64,000 bases of DNA from Leucoraja ocellata (GCA_036785375.1 JAWMAR010000098.1:3162001-3226000); one strand, 5' to 3'; counted from the stretch's first letter, positions 1 to 13,931 are shown. Numbers and translations: made by a program. The notes: generated by a model not told the origin, from the sequence alone.

Positions 1-1050
1 TCATTATCAACTTTGCAACGGGAAGTGGTGGCGGGAGGGGGGTGGGGGGAGTGGGGAATAGGCGGGTGGAAGGGGAAGAAGAGAGAGCACGCTCTGTCAA
101 GGCAGCTGCAATAAAAATCAGTCATCTCAGTACCATTTTAAAGCTGAACATGAAAAAAATATATATCATGCTTTCTTTTGCTGCAGCTGATAAGAAAGTA
201 ACCAATGCAGGAAGATGACAAGGCTTTAGACTGCCAAATGCATCCTTAAAATAAAACTTTCTGTAACGGCCTCTGCTCCGGGATCATTAGATTCACTTGA
301 TAAATTATGCCATGTTTCTGCTAATGAGGTCTTCAGTTCATTGTTGGATACCACTAGCCTCTCCCAATTATACAAACTGTCTTAACTACACAAGCTATCA
401 GACGGAAACTATTGCACGGAGGACTGGGGGAGGAGAAAGGGTGCCTGTCACTCTCAGGCCTTGACAATACAGATCTTTCAATAATCAGAAAATGGTTTAC
501 GATGAACATTCTCAATTAAGTAGGTAAAATGCGGCCAGTTTATGATGCAGATAAATTGATGGCTTCCATCAATGTAAGAGAAGCCTGACTTTTATTTTCA
601 TACATAAATAACACCAAATATTTGCACATGAATGTAATTTAATTAACGGTGCATAATTTAACTGCAGAAGTCAGCTCTGCTTTAAATCTATGGATAATAC
701 GTAATTCAAATCTTAAAACATAGAAAAGGCACTGTTTTCTGGGACAGGTGAAGGGAGAGAAGAAATCCTTGTGAGTTGGTGTTATTCCACATTTGAAAAC
801 CAAAATCAGCATATACCATCCCCCGAGTGGAACCACATTACCTGTCAAATATCAGGTTTGCCCACTTCTTTTGATGAGCTGTTGGTTAGCAGATCTAATT
901 GCACTGACAAAGCTCAGTTGATTTGCAATTCATCATTAATTTTAAAGCCTCTTGTCCCAATATTAAAAATGAACACTGCATGTCTACGGAGGACTGCTCA
1001 AGTCTTTCACTAATTTCTATGTTAATTTGCATCGGCCTTATCTTACATAG

Positions 1051-1133
1051 ACACACGTGTGTGTGTGCACACATAAAATGCACGTAGAATGCACACATGT
1101 ACAAAAACACACACACACACACACACCCACACA
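1051..1133. repeat. (CA)n/(TG)n microsatellite region
   Basis: acacacgtgtgtgtgtgcacaca...acacacacacacacacaca. Confidence 0.9.
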
Positions 1134-3214
1134 GGGTAATCACAGACTGAGAGGCTTGTCAGTGAGAAATAATTACTCCAAATGTGTCCTTTAACCTCTG
1201 TACTGCTAGAAATGAACAATGCATTGCTGCATTTTAATCAAAACATATCGGACAGTTCACAAAAAAACAGGCGTTGGGATCTTTAGAAATGCAAAGGGCA
1301 AAAACCCAGAACCACTTCTCAAGAGGAAAAGCCAGATCTCAATGCAAATCTGAAGCTTGTTTTAATGTCACGATATAATTTGTCACTGCATGAATCAACA
1401 TTTTCTTGGTATTAAAATGCCACAAAGTAACACCCTTTTTGCTATTTTGTTCCTCTAAACAAGGCACCTGCATTTCAACCTTCAAGAATTTTGGAAATCG
1501 CTTCATTTGACATGTGTAGTTATAAAATGGGTTGAAAAATAAAGATAGCATTGTAACTATCGAGAGATCATGTAGAGATTTTTTTCCCCAATTAGCCAGT
1601 TAGTAGTTTATTAATAAATTTGCTAGCCTGACCCTCACACTCATCCAGCTATTAAATCATTCCTCTGGTAATGAATCTGGCCTGTTCCCTTCATTGTGCT
1701 GCGAAGGAAGTCATGGGATCTATGCTGAGGTTTAGATACTTCTTTATCGGCAAATGACAGGTTCAAATCTACAGGATATTGTTTATTTGTTTCCTCTTGC
1801 CTCTTGGATCAAGTTCCCAGTCAAATTTATTGGCAAAAGTTACTGCCTTATCATTTACGATGCTGCTTTACACCATAAAATCCTGAACATTTTCTTCCGA
1901 GACAAAAGGTAAAGATTATCATTTACTTTCACTGAAAAAGTTATCCTTTTGACACAATTTGTTTGAAATTATCCAATCATTATGACACGATTTGACAAAT
2001 AAAAGAGCAGGATCTTCCTGGTGACAGTGTCGAAGCAAATCTATTTAAGCTCCAGATAAGGGATACTGTCTCTTCAAATACCTCTTCCTTTAAATATACT
2101 TTAGGGCATGACAAAGATTTCCTCATTTCCTTTTAAGAGTGCTTCGCTGAACTGTGTAGTTCAGAGATCAATGCAGTGATTGGCAGCTAATGTTTTTTCC
2201 CCGTTATGTCTTAGTAAATTCAGTCTGACAGCTGTTCTTACTGATCAAAAATGGCAAAGGTTGTTTGATTTTTGTATGTAGAAAGCAGTAAACAGCACTG
2301 ATGATATGTCTTAATTGGGTTTAACGACTTAAAAAGGCAATGCCAAGCAGATGAGAGTTTAAAGTTCTGTTGCATTTCCTTAAATCTAATATCGTGACCA
2401 AAGAATGTGTTTGGGAGCACATTGTTGTCTGATGTGAAGTTTCGTATACTAAAATGTTAGGAGAACCCAAATATAATCAGATACAAATCCTTAAGATTCA
2501 GATAAACTTTTCGCAGGCCCCCATTCTATTCTTGAATTCTGAGTTGTGCATCACAGCTATTTTCAACTTCTTGCCCAACCTGATATATTCCATTCATGGT
2601 CAGGTTTACTGCACGGCAAATAATTTGAGATTGATTAGTTACACAAACTGCCAGTATACATGCCAGGAGGCTGTGGATTGTTTGCTGTATATTGGTCAGT
2701 CTCCCACAAGGAATAGGAAGATATCAAATGGCATCCCATGCAATAAGAATAAAGTCATGACAATGACTGGAATTTAGCCTGAAGTAGTTGAAATCGGTGT
2801 CATAGGACTGGAATGAAGTGAATTCACTGTTGCAGAGGGAGCGAAGAATGACTTATCCTGCCAATGGCAACAAGAAGAACCAATAGGTCCAACAGATTAA
2901 ATCAGAGGGTTTGCCAAGAGCTTGAAGAAAAGGACTTAGAAAAAAATGTATGGTGTAATATTTGTGGCATTCGAAGTTACCTTGCCAGAGAAGGTAAAGA
3001 AAGACAATTCAAATAGTTATATGTAGAATGATGTGTATGTTGCACATAGGCAGATCAAGAAGAATATACTGTAGTTTTGATCCATTTTAAAATCTGTGGG
3101 ACGCTAATGCAGTGAGCAATGTTATATGCAACATTTTAAAAGCCATGTGGTGTCAACTCAAGCCCAATGTGGGACGAAGTAGGTTACCACCAAATGGCCA
3201 TTTGTTATGGACAT

Positions 3215-3555
3215 CTATCATGTGAGTAATAGATCGGGAAGATGCACACAGTCGCATGCCCAGAGTGGGTGAATCGAGGACCAGAGGACATAAGTCTAAG
3301 GGGAAAATATTTTATAGGAATCTCAGGGGTAACATTTTCACACAAGGGATGGTGGGTATATGGAACAAGTTGCCAGAGGAGGTAGTCGAGGCCAGGACTA
3401 TCCCAATATTTAAGAAACAGTTAGACAGGCACCGAGAGAGGACTTTTTGGAGGGGTATGGAGCATACGCGTAGTGTAGCTGGGACGTGTTGGCCGGTGTG
3501 GGCAAGTTGGGCTGAAGGGCCTGTTTCCACACTGTATCACTCCATGACTCTATCA
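3215..3555 (+). mobile_element. CR1 LINE 3' fragment
   Basis: ORF PRVGESRTRGHK...FTQGMVGIWNKLPEEVVEA; tail gctgaagggcctgtttcc. Confidence 0.85.
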
Positions 3556-4413
3556 CTCTGTGGTGCTCCAAGTCCTGTGGCTCTTCCACTCAACAATCTC
3601 AATAATCTGGCACCAACTATCACCTGGATGCAAAACTCATCTATGAAGGCATAAGGGATGTCAGAGATGGGAAAGGAAATGCCACACTGGTAGAGCATTA
3701 GTGTTGATCCTGAAATAATTGGGCAAAGTTAAACTCCACTGTTGTGGTTAACAATGCTGTATTTAATCTGGAAATATTTGATGTTGATATTGACATTGGA
3801 TGCTAAAAACGTTTAAAAAATATCCTATTCAGCGGCACTGACAGCCCTCATCTTAATAACCACAAAATAAATCTTTAAAAATTGCTGCCTCATCGTTCGC
3901 TGGAACTGACTTTTGGCAAAACTTCAATTTAAAATATAGATTATATTTTAACAATGTGATAAAATATATTTGCACTATTGATTTTATAAATTATCTTCCG
4001 CGATTTGTACTTTTCATCAAATAGTCAGACTGGTCATTATATATTTATTTGCATGGAAAGATGTATGAGGGATCTCAATATTGTTCACTTGCAAAACAGT
4101 AACACTGCTCCCTGGCAGAAGCACAGGCACTTGCAAACCACCTCCTTCAGGCTAGAGCTGCTAAATGACAACCACAGTTTTCAAATATCAGCACGCCCAC
4201 TCCTTACAAATCACAAACAAGACTTGTAGCACTATCTGGTTGCATAATGTAAAAGTCAGACTCCATTCGGAAGGGTTCCCAATTAGTGAATATTTGTGCT
4301 AACTAAACACAATTGTCTCTACAACTATTTCAGAAATAATACAGAATTTAAAAAAAAAAACATTGACATTGATTGTAAATTTCAAAAGACAGCAAGTATC
4401 AACATTAAAACTA

Positions 4414-4770
4414 AAGATAGACACATAAAACCGAGAAGAAGTCTGAAGAAGGGTCACGACCCGAAACGTTGCCTATTCCTTCTCTCCATAGATGCTGCCT
4501 CACCCGCTGAGTTTCTCCAGCATTTTGCGTCTATTGTCGATTTTTCTAGCATCTGCAGTTCTTACTTAAACATAAAACTGGAGTAACTCAGCGGGTCAGA
4601 CAGCATCTCTGGAGAAAAGGAATAGGTGACATTGCCCGTCTTCTTCAGAAGAAGCATCTCGACCCTAAATGCCACCTATTCCTTTTCTTCAGAGATGCTG
4701 TCTGACCCGCTGAGTTACTCCAGCTTTTTGTGTCTACCTTTGGTTTAAACCAGCATATGCAGTTCCTTCT
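4414..4770. mobile_element. PLE fold-back element with a second PLE terminus nested at 4432-4569
   Basis: Outer direct repeat tcaacattaaaacta (4399-4413, 4771-4785); inner direct repeat acataaaac (4423-4431, 4570-4578); the inner copy has ctgaagaagggtcacgacccgaaacgtt. Confidence 0.8.
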
Positions 4771-6104
4771 TCAACATTAAAACTACTGTATCTCAAACCA
4801 AAGCATTTATTCTGGTTTTCACTGAAATCAGCCCCACAGATCTCACAAAAGCACATTTGAAGTGGCTAGTTCTGTTCCACAGAGACTGCAGCAACCTTTT
4901 CCCGTAAGACAAAGAAAACCCTACTACCCATCTGATTTCTAAGGTTGCTTGCTGAATATTGTTCATTATAATTTTCAAAGCATTCCTTCGCAAAGTTCAT
5001 CAAAATTATCTAGGTTATTTTTCATCATCTCTTTAACTTCAACCTCGTTTCATTTTGTTCCCCAAATGTTCACAGGTGAAACTTTTTCAGCCGTAGGATT
5101 TGCTGGTAAAGTGTCTATTTTTTTCCCCCACCTATAAAACTGACTGGATAAAATTGTCGGGTTCGCTCACTAACTCTGCTTTTAAGTATATTTTGCATCA
5201 GTGGACAGTATCCCGAAAGCCAGTTAATTAATCTTCACTCAAACTCAATTCTGAATCTTTCTAAATAGAAAAATAGGCATTTAAACACAGTAAACAAGCA
5301 TTGGACAAGCACTAAATGCAAAGGTGAAGTGGCTGAAGCATTTCAGGATTTCATGTTTGACTGCACTTTCTCTGTCCACAGGGACCAATCTTCTCCTGCC
5401 CTAAGTCCCTTAAAGCCCTTGGCTTGTGAGCACATCCCTCATAGAGATGGGGCAGACTCCTTGCTTGGAGCTGGTACATGTTTCCTTTTAAATGGTCTTT
5501 TAACAAGCATCCGATTGAACCCTCAAAGGTACACTCGGACCTCTTCTTAAGCACCAGGTCAGGGTGGGAGCAACATTTTCGGAATTCAAAAATCTTCCTC
5601 TATTTCCAACTCCAGTTAGATTTAAAGGGACAGCTCACATGCATTGGCCAGTTCCTTCCTACACATTGGCCTCCATCATTAATAATGTAAAGATTGCCAT
5701 AGTATAAAGCAATGAAAATAAAACAAATTCCTCTAATGCAACGTAGATAGCTGTTGCTTAAATTGTATTTCAAAACCCAGCCATTATCTTGTCTGAGGTT
5801 CATATATGTTAGGCCACAGGATGCTTTAGCAACCACAGCAGGCACACCACAAACTTCAAAAGATAACAGTATTAATAGTGGTATTTACATTAATTCACAT
5901 GTTACCCTGGCCTTAGTGCTATAGCTAAATGTGACAGTCGTTTCCCCAGCTTTCATGCTTGCAGTCTCTAACCTCACATACGGGAGTGGTGCTTTCACTT
6001 TTAGAACAAGAGAAAGAACAATGACCACTGAAAATAAAACGACAGCAGTCCCAATTGAAATGCTCCACTCTATTGTTTGCTGAACTGTCTGGGAAGGGAC
6101 GATG

Positions 6105-6350
6105 GAGAAAGGAAAAGTAAATGACTTGCACCGATGTAGCATTGTTTACAACCCCAGGAGGCCCCAAAGAACTTTGCACCTAATGAAGCATTTGTTTTTG
6201 AAGTGTAGTAACACTTGGAATGGAAACTCAACCGCAAATTTGCACACAGCAAGCTCCCACGTCAAATATTATTATGAAAGAGGCTCTTGAAGTTGATGAG
6301 GGGCATTTGTTGGTGAGGTTGGTGAGAGTTGATTAGCCAGGACATCAGGG
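6105..6350 (-). mobile_element. DeuSINE (SacSINE1-like) 3' half
   Basis: The reverse complement has gggagcttgctgtgtgcaaatttgc...ctacacttcaaaaac...ctttgggg..cctgggg...tgcaagtc, typical of Deu-domain/L2-like tail SINEs. Confidence 0.6.
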
Positions 6351-6808
6351 ATTTTACCAGAATGCTGCCCAGGATTACGGGATATTCGCCTGGTTGGACA
6401 GGCTGGGATTGTTTTCTCTGGAACGCCAGATGTTGAGGGGAGACCTGATAAAGTATATAAACTTACGAGAGGCAAAGTTGGGGTAAACAATCAGAATCCT
6501 TTATCCCAGGGTGGAAATGTCTCACCGACAGGAGAACATAGTTTTAAGGTGAGAGGGGCAACGATTAAAGGAGTTATGCGGCGTGAGTTCTTTGTTTACA
6601 CGGAGGGTGGTGTGTGCCTGGGATGTGCTGCCTGGGATGGTGGTGGAGGCAGATATGATAGCGGCATGAAGAGCCTTGTAGATAAGCACATAGATATGTA
6701 GAGAATAGAGGGATCATGTGCAGGCAGATGAGGTTTTACCTTTGCACTGTGTTCAGCACAGACATTGTGGGCCGAAGGGCCTGGTGTTGTGCTATAATGT
6801 TCTATGTT
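6345..6808 (+). mobile_element. CR1 LINE 3' fragment
   Basis: tttaccagaatgctgcc...ggagacctgataaagtatataa...gggccgaagggcctgg...tgttctatgttc. Confidence 0.8.
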
Positions 6809-7547
6809 CGAAATATCACCCTCACTTTCCTTCAAATTCAGCATAGCAACACATGCATCCACTCGAGAGAGAGAATAAATGTATCCCCAATTACAGTCTT
6901 CTCCGAATTTTACATTTCCACAGTGCAGTGATATACTGCAAGGCCAAATGACATTTCTGCGCTCACTTTGAGTGAGGCTTGCACCCCATAAACCAAACTC
7001 TGAGCAGCCAACTGAGCCACAATTAACACTGGGAATGGAACTGGGAAGTGGAAATCCACAATGATGGGTGAACCACATAAAATGCAATAAAGTGTCCGTG
7101 ATCTATTCTTAGTGGTCTGGCAATTAAAGTACAGCACATGAAGGGCATAGTAAGAACAGCAGGCAAACTAAAACAAAAAACCCTGCACACCTTTTATCAT
7201 AATGCCCCTGCCTCACAGAGGTTTTCTTCACCTTGCATTCCTCCTTTCTTACCTGCACTGCAATAACCCAACCCTCATCAACCACCAAGCCCCATGGAGT
7301 TGTTGATCACCACAGCATGTTATTAACAATCCCATTAACCGGTATCCTAGAACTTGTGCTAATATGTATGGCCCCTCAGAGAACCATCTTCTGTCCGACA
7401 CAGAAGAGCTCAGTCAATCTAAAGAGCTTTTTTTAAAACAAAGAACCTTTATGCTATTAAGCATGGAAAAAAAGCATTGCTGATTTTTCATTGTAGTCTT
7501 TGACAGGAATATTGAATATCAGATATGCAGCTCATTCATTAAGCCAG

Positions 7548-7885
7548 AGTGACACAGAATGGAAACAGGCCACTCAGCCCATCGACTACGAGTCGCCCAT
7601 CAAATAATCATCCGCAGTCTTCTACGCTAATCCCAGTTAATTTGCCCCACCTTCCTCCTGGATTCCAAACCTAAACCACACACCAGGGGCAATGTACATG
7701 GGCCACGGTATTGATTTAACAACCCACATGCTGTTGGGTTGTGGAAGGAAACCGGAGCACCCCAGCAAAACCTATATGGTCACAGGCAGAATGTGCAAAC
7801 TTCACACAGACTCTGCTGGAGTCAGGATTGAATGCAGGTCTCTGGAGCAGTGAGTTGAGGCAGCAGCTTTTCTACCTGTGCCCCT
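7548..7885 (-). mobile_element. tRNA-derived V-SINE (HE1-like), diverged
   Basis: ggaaggaaaccggagcacc...ggtcacaggcagaatgtgcaaacttcacacagac...gtcaggattgaa. Confidence 0.7.
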
Positions 7886-8318
7886 TGGCATTAAAGTAGA
7901 ATACATGCATCTACTTCACATAAACTATCTTCACCTTCCATTCCTCGTGACATTCAACTTCACCAAATGAAGCATTAAGTTTGTAACCATTGAATATCCA
8001 CAACTTTCTTCAAAACTTCATTGATGATATGGCACCTAAGTGGTCGCTCTGTTTAGTGCCATATTCTATCCTGCCCAGTTTAAAGTAAATAAAGCGAGCT
8101 TCAGCAACAATAATCTGCTCACCTTAAACTTGTGTATTAACTTGATAAAGATATTAAATTGGCACCAATGTATACAAGTGACTAAGACATATGGATCACA
8201 AAGATCCATGGTCCCATCAGAACCCAGAGTGCATTCAAGGCATTGTGAATGGCAGCAGGGCCTTAGACCGAAAAAGGGGAGACATGGGTAGGTTGGAGGA
8301 ATAGGTGCATTACTGGAA

Positions 8319-8447
8319 GACATAAAAAACTGCAGATGCTGGAATCTTGAGCAAAAGACAAAGTGCTGGAGGAACTCGCAGTTGCAGGCAGCAACTGGGG
8401 AGGGCATGGACAGGTGACTTCTCGGACCAAGACCCTTTATCAGACTG
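8319..8447 (-). mobile_element. Older PLE terminus copy
   Basis: actgcagatgctggaatcttgagc...gctggaggaactc...gaccctttatcagact matches the family, diverged. Confidence 0.65.
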
Positions 8448-9223
8448 ATTGCATATCACACGATATCTTTAAAGGGTTAAAGTATTCTGCCAAAGAGGAC
8501 GGTGTCCCTTCATCCAATGGAAGTGTAAACATTATTTATATATCTGACTACGGCGCTTACTGTACAGTAACCTGCTGCTTTTATAAAATGCAAATGTGTG
8601 AAACCACTGAAGTGAGAGTTGTCTGACCTTTTTTCAACCATCTGCGTCTTGTGAATAAAAAGAGAGGAATTCACAAACCCCCTTCTGCTTACCTGCAATT
8701 TTAATGACCTTCTCTCTTAAATCAAATCACATGGTTCCTATAAAGGTACTGTATTCATTTAAAAAAATATTTAAAAGAATATTTCTTGATGAGAAAACAA
8801 GGTGTGAAGGATATTTTCCAGAGCAACAATGAAAACCAGATGACAATCTTTCTACCACAGGAGAGCTTTATTACAAAAGGATGTAATCTTCAAACAGTTT
8901 TCGGCTGCCTAGGAACGAAAATGGAGAAAACATGAGCGCGCAATGGCAGATGATTTATAGACTGCAGGCTTGCAGAGCGAAAACAGCCAACAATTAAGCA
9001 AAAAATTGTTAGTATCACATGAGAAAGGTCCAATGCATCGCAAGGACGCACAAACCCCAGACTCGGGTAAAGAAGGAACACAATTAATCAATGCGAAAAT
9101 ATTTAGAATTGTCTTGGATGAAGATGGAAGTAAATGGGTACAGAAATATTTCATTGTTAATTCGTTCAGAATTGAAATGTATACTTCCCGTCTTTTTAAA
9201 GATCCCCTAGTGCTGCTTATACT

Positions 9224-9259
9224 GTAACTGCTTATAACTGCCTATAACTGCTTCTAACT
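9224..9259. repeat. Short 10-bp tandem repeat (taactgctta)
   Basis: gtaactgcttataactgcctataactgcttctaact. Confidence 0.8.
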
Positions 9260-10366
9260 TCCCTCCTTGTCTTTCTCAAGTAACTTGATGGTAATCAATA
9301 CAAAATAAACTAATGGGATGGTCCTGCCTGAGGTTAAAGGGGGGACGAGAGACCCTTCCTCATGGTGAAATATCATACCAGTCCTCAGCTACATATGTGA
9401 AATTCTATTTATTTTACATCTGTGGCATTTCACTGTTATCCTGTTGCGAAAAGAAAAAAAAATTGGGAGGGGGGGGAGACACAATGAGAGATTAATGGGC
9501 AGATCACATTCCATACAGCTGTTATGCACATGAATGCAGCAAGCAACCTGTGTTATAAACTTGCCTCTAAGAATAACGATTGACCAACAGTGAGAGGGTG
9601 AGATTGCACAATCTGTGGGATACATCGGCCTTTTCTTGCACGGTGAAATCATTTTCAAAGGAACAGCAGCCTGGTTTCATTCCCTTCCTGCCTATGGTAT
9701 TTTTCCTCTAAACTATGGAATTCAAGGAACCAAATTCAACCTAACTAAGCTAAGTGAAACAGGACGCGTTATAAAAAAGATCAGTGTTCCTCACCTTACA
9801 ACTCTACTTGCAAAAATGGTCTTGATCAACCAAATACCACGTCGACTGTCCTGAAGGAGTATTGCTCCCTATTACTAGTTCTGAAGGAATATGTTCATCG
9901 TCATTCATTCCTTTTTCATTATTGTCTTTTCTTCCCATTTTCCCAAATGCTCCTTCCTCTCAAAAATGTGGCGTTGTGTTATTGCTCTTTTGACTACGAT
10001 GGCTTTCAGCTTTCTTCTGCTTCGGTGTGGTTCCAAAGACTGTGAGAGCTACAAGCTGCTTTGCCACACCCTTCATCTGCTCAGATGCACTATAGATATC
10101 GGTAGTAACACTCAGGACATTGTAGATGTCTCTAGTCCATTGACGAGTGGAAGAGCATAGTGGACAATCATCAGGCATCAGTTATTCTATGTCTGAACTA
10201 TCATTTAGCTGATTATTATCAACTCCATATCTCACTAGGAACTGGTTCCAACTTATTTTTTATTATTAAGTAAAGGTCAAGGGGATTTGTACAGTCATGG
10301 GGTCATATAGCACGAAATCAAGCCTTTCCGCCAAAGTGGTCATCCTGACCAAGATGCCTATCTATG

Positions 10367-10462
10367 ATGAAGATAGACACAGAAAGCTAGAGTAACTCCG
10401 CAGGTCAGACAGCATCTTTGGAAAAAAGGAATAGGTTTCTAGTCGAGACCCTTCTTCGGACT
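10367..10462 (-). mobile_element. PLE terminus inserted into a CR1 3' tail (about 10290-10520, minus strand)
   Basis: gaagatagacacagaaagctagagtaactc...gtcgagacccttcttcggact interrupts tctatg|ctaatcccatttgcc. Confidence 0.7.
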
Positions 10463-13400
10463 TTTCTATGCTAATCCCATTTGCCCATGTTTGACCATTT
10501 TCCTCTAAACCTTTCCTATTAATGAACACTGTTATGGGATATTTATTTTCTCCTCCATTTACTCCCTGACATTTCATTTAAATGCAATTCTGAGATACTT
10601 TAAGGCAATGAATATAATTAATCAGACTGGTGAAAATTTATCAAGCATTAAAGATGCAGAGAAATTTAAACAAAAAGTGAAGGAGGCACAGATACAATTT
10701 ACAAACAAATTTCCAAAGAGTTAGGTTACACATATAGACCAAATGAAATGTTTAATACTGGAACCTACTGTGCCTTGCTGAATAGTGAATGACGTTTTGT
10801 TTAAACCACTGTGATGAAATAACATCACATATGCTGTGGAAATCTTGCACAAAGATACTGAATTAATGACAGAACTTGAAAGCTTAACACGGAAAGGTTT
10901 AAAATTCAATAATCATTTCCAAGCCAACAATGCCTTCAATAGTTAGCATCCATTTACGTGCTAACCACACAAAAGAGCAGACCCAGAAATAAAGTTTTAG
11001 AAAAAGATCACCAATAACATGAAATGTGTTGGCATTAAATCAAAACAACAGGATTTTGAACACTGAAGCTTCATCTTTATTTTAACTTCAAAGACCAATG
11101 GTTAGCCCTTTATCTTAAGACTCAAGACCTACTGTATGTTAATTAGGTGTGACCAAATGCGAAGATTAAAACATTAAATTTGCAGAAAACAGAAAACAGT
11201 GATTTTATTTGTATTTCATGCTTTAAGAAACCATGTTATTCAGTCATGGGATTCTTTCAATTTATCCATCCGAATGAATCCAACCATCAGAAGTGATCCT
11301 AAAAACAGAGGTACTATCAAATCTTAGTTGCCTCAAATACATCCGGTTAATATTTCTGCTAAGAGTTTTGAACCTCTTAATTATTTTCTCTTTACACAGA
11401 TGCTGCCTGAACTGCTGTCTGTTTCCAGCATTTTCTGTTTATTTCGGATTTCCAGCATCTAAAGTTTTTTTGTTTTTTTAATCTCGATTAATACTTCAAT
11501 GTTTCTTTTAGAGATTGGAGTAACATTTGATAATTGGAAGCAAAATGTATTTAGCAAGGTACTTTGGAATATGAACAAGGATGTTACTTTAGGCACATTA
11601 TATTGGTTTGTGTCTGTATCTTTACCAACTGCCTTAATTCTGGTTGCTGGAATTGTACTAATCAATTATCAAATGGGATCTAAACCAAAGGTACAGCATC
11701 CATTATAAATAACACTACATGGAACTTGTAGGGAGCTGCAGTTAAGTTTAGCAACACAGCTGATTTTATACCTTCAACAAATAAAACTCATTGATTTTAC
11801 AAGCTTTCATATTATGTTCTTCATTTAACTTTTAATGTGTTTTATATAAAATAGTTTCATCACACGAACAAAAACTTTGTTTGTGAGTTCTCTTAATTTA
11901 ATATTGTGACATTCACAACATACTAGGCATGGCACGCTACTGACAGTATGGTAATAAAACTTCTAGTGATGTGGCTCATGAAAGCCTGAGTTAGTAAGAG
12001 CAGTAAGATGGAAGTTTTCTGGCTGTGCATTAACAGTGTGTCTATATTAATTAGTAGAGAAACAAAACGATGGTTTCTGAAAATGAGTCAACTTATATTC
12101 TTTCTTCATTATCCTGCTCACTGTTTACTGTCAATCCCTCAGCTTCATGTTCATAGTAACATGCTCTGTTAGATATTTTCAAACCTTTTGAGCCGACTAT
12201 TTCTTAGATTTTAAGCATGACACCAAAACTCTCCATTCATCTATATCTGGGCTCCTCACAATTTAGGCTAGGACATAGGATGGGGTTTGGGGACCACTGT
12301 ACTTTTTAAAGCTTAAACGTGAGCTAATCTACTCAATAGTACCAACAACACTCTACCACCCCACAACAAGCGCAGTCACATGCCCAGTGTCCCCCAACAT
12401 GTTCTTCAATCAAAGGCTCCTCCAGAGTCACATCACATCAAAAATTTCTAGAGGTATTTTGAAAAAAATATGGCGCAAAATTTATATCCACCACGAGTAA
12501 AATATAATTTTGGCCTTGATCGTTACTCCTCCTGCATTGATATCATCGAGATACTATTAATACTCTCTCTCCATACCAGTAATTTATTTACCAATGCCCA
12601 CAAAAATAGATATCAGGGTATCAAACAGAAATATAGTTTTTGAAGCATACGACTGCAGCTTGCCACATAGACCACCTTGCCTTTAAAATATTTTACGTCA
12701 GCCTTGACCTGATCAGCAAGTTGCATCCTATCTGGGAAAACCCAAATAAAGTAAATAAAGAATTGACCCCTCCCACTTTAAACCGATATTCTGATAAAAC
12801 TGGACATGTTAAAGAGACTAATCTCTCAAACATGCCCCGAAGCTACCTTTAAAGTACCATATACGTGCCTTAGAATAATGTCTAGACATTCACCTCCGGA
12901 TCTGTGTTGACGTGTAATGATACAGGCAGACCACTAAGCTGCTCTCTCTCCTCTTTCACAGCTCAGGTTCCAAAGAGACTAAAGAATGCCGACAATAAGA
13001 ATTAGACAGACAAATCATTAATTTATGAGTGTAGTGCATCCGCTCGCTAATTAAAGTATATTCTCAACAAAGTTCCAATTATTAGTCAATGACCTCATCC
13101 TCAGGCAGACTAACCATTATGTTTGTGTGAAGGTGTCATTAGCAAGGTTAGTTCAAGTACCATCACTACATTAAACAAAAACACGCAGCTCATTTCATTC
13201 TTTCCTCAGTATTTTTATACTAAGATTAGTTACAAACCACCTCTATTAAAATTATAGTTTGCTCATTTTTAGAATTTAGTGAATACAGTAGTCAATGTAA
13301 TTAAACCATGCAGTTGCACGATTACATATTCTTCCTTCTTTTACCGGTAACTCATTTGTTTTAAAGAGCAGCACAAACTTTTAAGTTGAAATGCAGTTTA

Positions 13401-13529
13401 TTGTTCCTTGGGTGGAGTTGGTTTGGTCTTAAGAGTAAATATCACTTTATGGAAAGTTATGGCTTAGTTTAAAACATCTCTCAAAGTTGTTGCATTTCTG
13501 ATCTTAACTGCGCTTTATAAGCAGAATAC

Positions 13530-13625
13530 ACAGAAGAAGGGTCCTGACCTGAAAAGTCCCCTGTCATTCCATCCACAGGTGCTACCAGACCTGCTGAGTT
13601 CCTCCAGCCCTTTCTGCTTTACCTG
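13530..13625 (+). mobile_element. Degraded PLE terminus
   Basis: gaagaagggtcctgacctgaaa...gacctgctgagttcctccagc. Confidence 0.6.
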
Positions 13626-13931
13626 GAAAAGCATCTGTTTGTGGAGGTTATCACAGGTTCGGGGCTGATAAGATGCTTATTTATTTTTTTGCACGGGCCG
13701 ATCAATACATAAGTTTAATTATGCATAAACAAAGCCAAAATATTACTATAATGAGCAACTTTTTAACGCAGGTGATAATATTATAACGCTAAAATGGATA
13801 GCCATGCAGAATTAGCTATTAAAACTAAGAAAAAAGTTCAGGAACAAACCGAACTCATGGACTGTGACAGGTTATGACAAATAATGGGCTGGGCAATGTT
13901 GTGAAATGTTTTAATTATTATTTATTCAAAT

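Noticed and set aside
5885-6142. ORF containing YSTKA, resembling the next zfhx3 exon (NYSTKAKLNL)
   Set aside because: No Cys/His ligands or other similarity; chance match. The next exon appears to lie outside the window.
6596-7087. 163-aa minus-strand ORF
   Set aside because: Half lies in an antisense CR1 tail and the rest has no recognisable homology.
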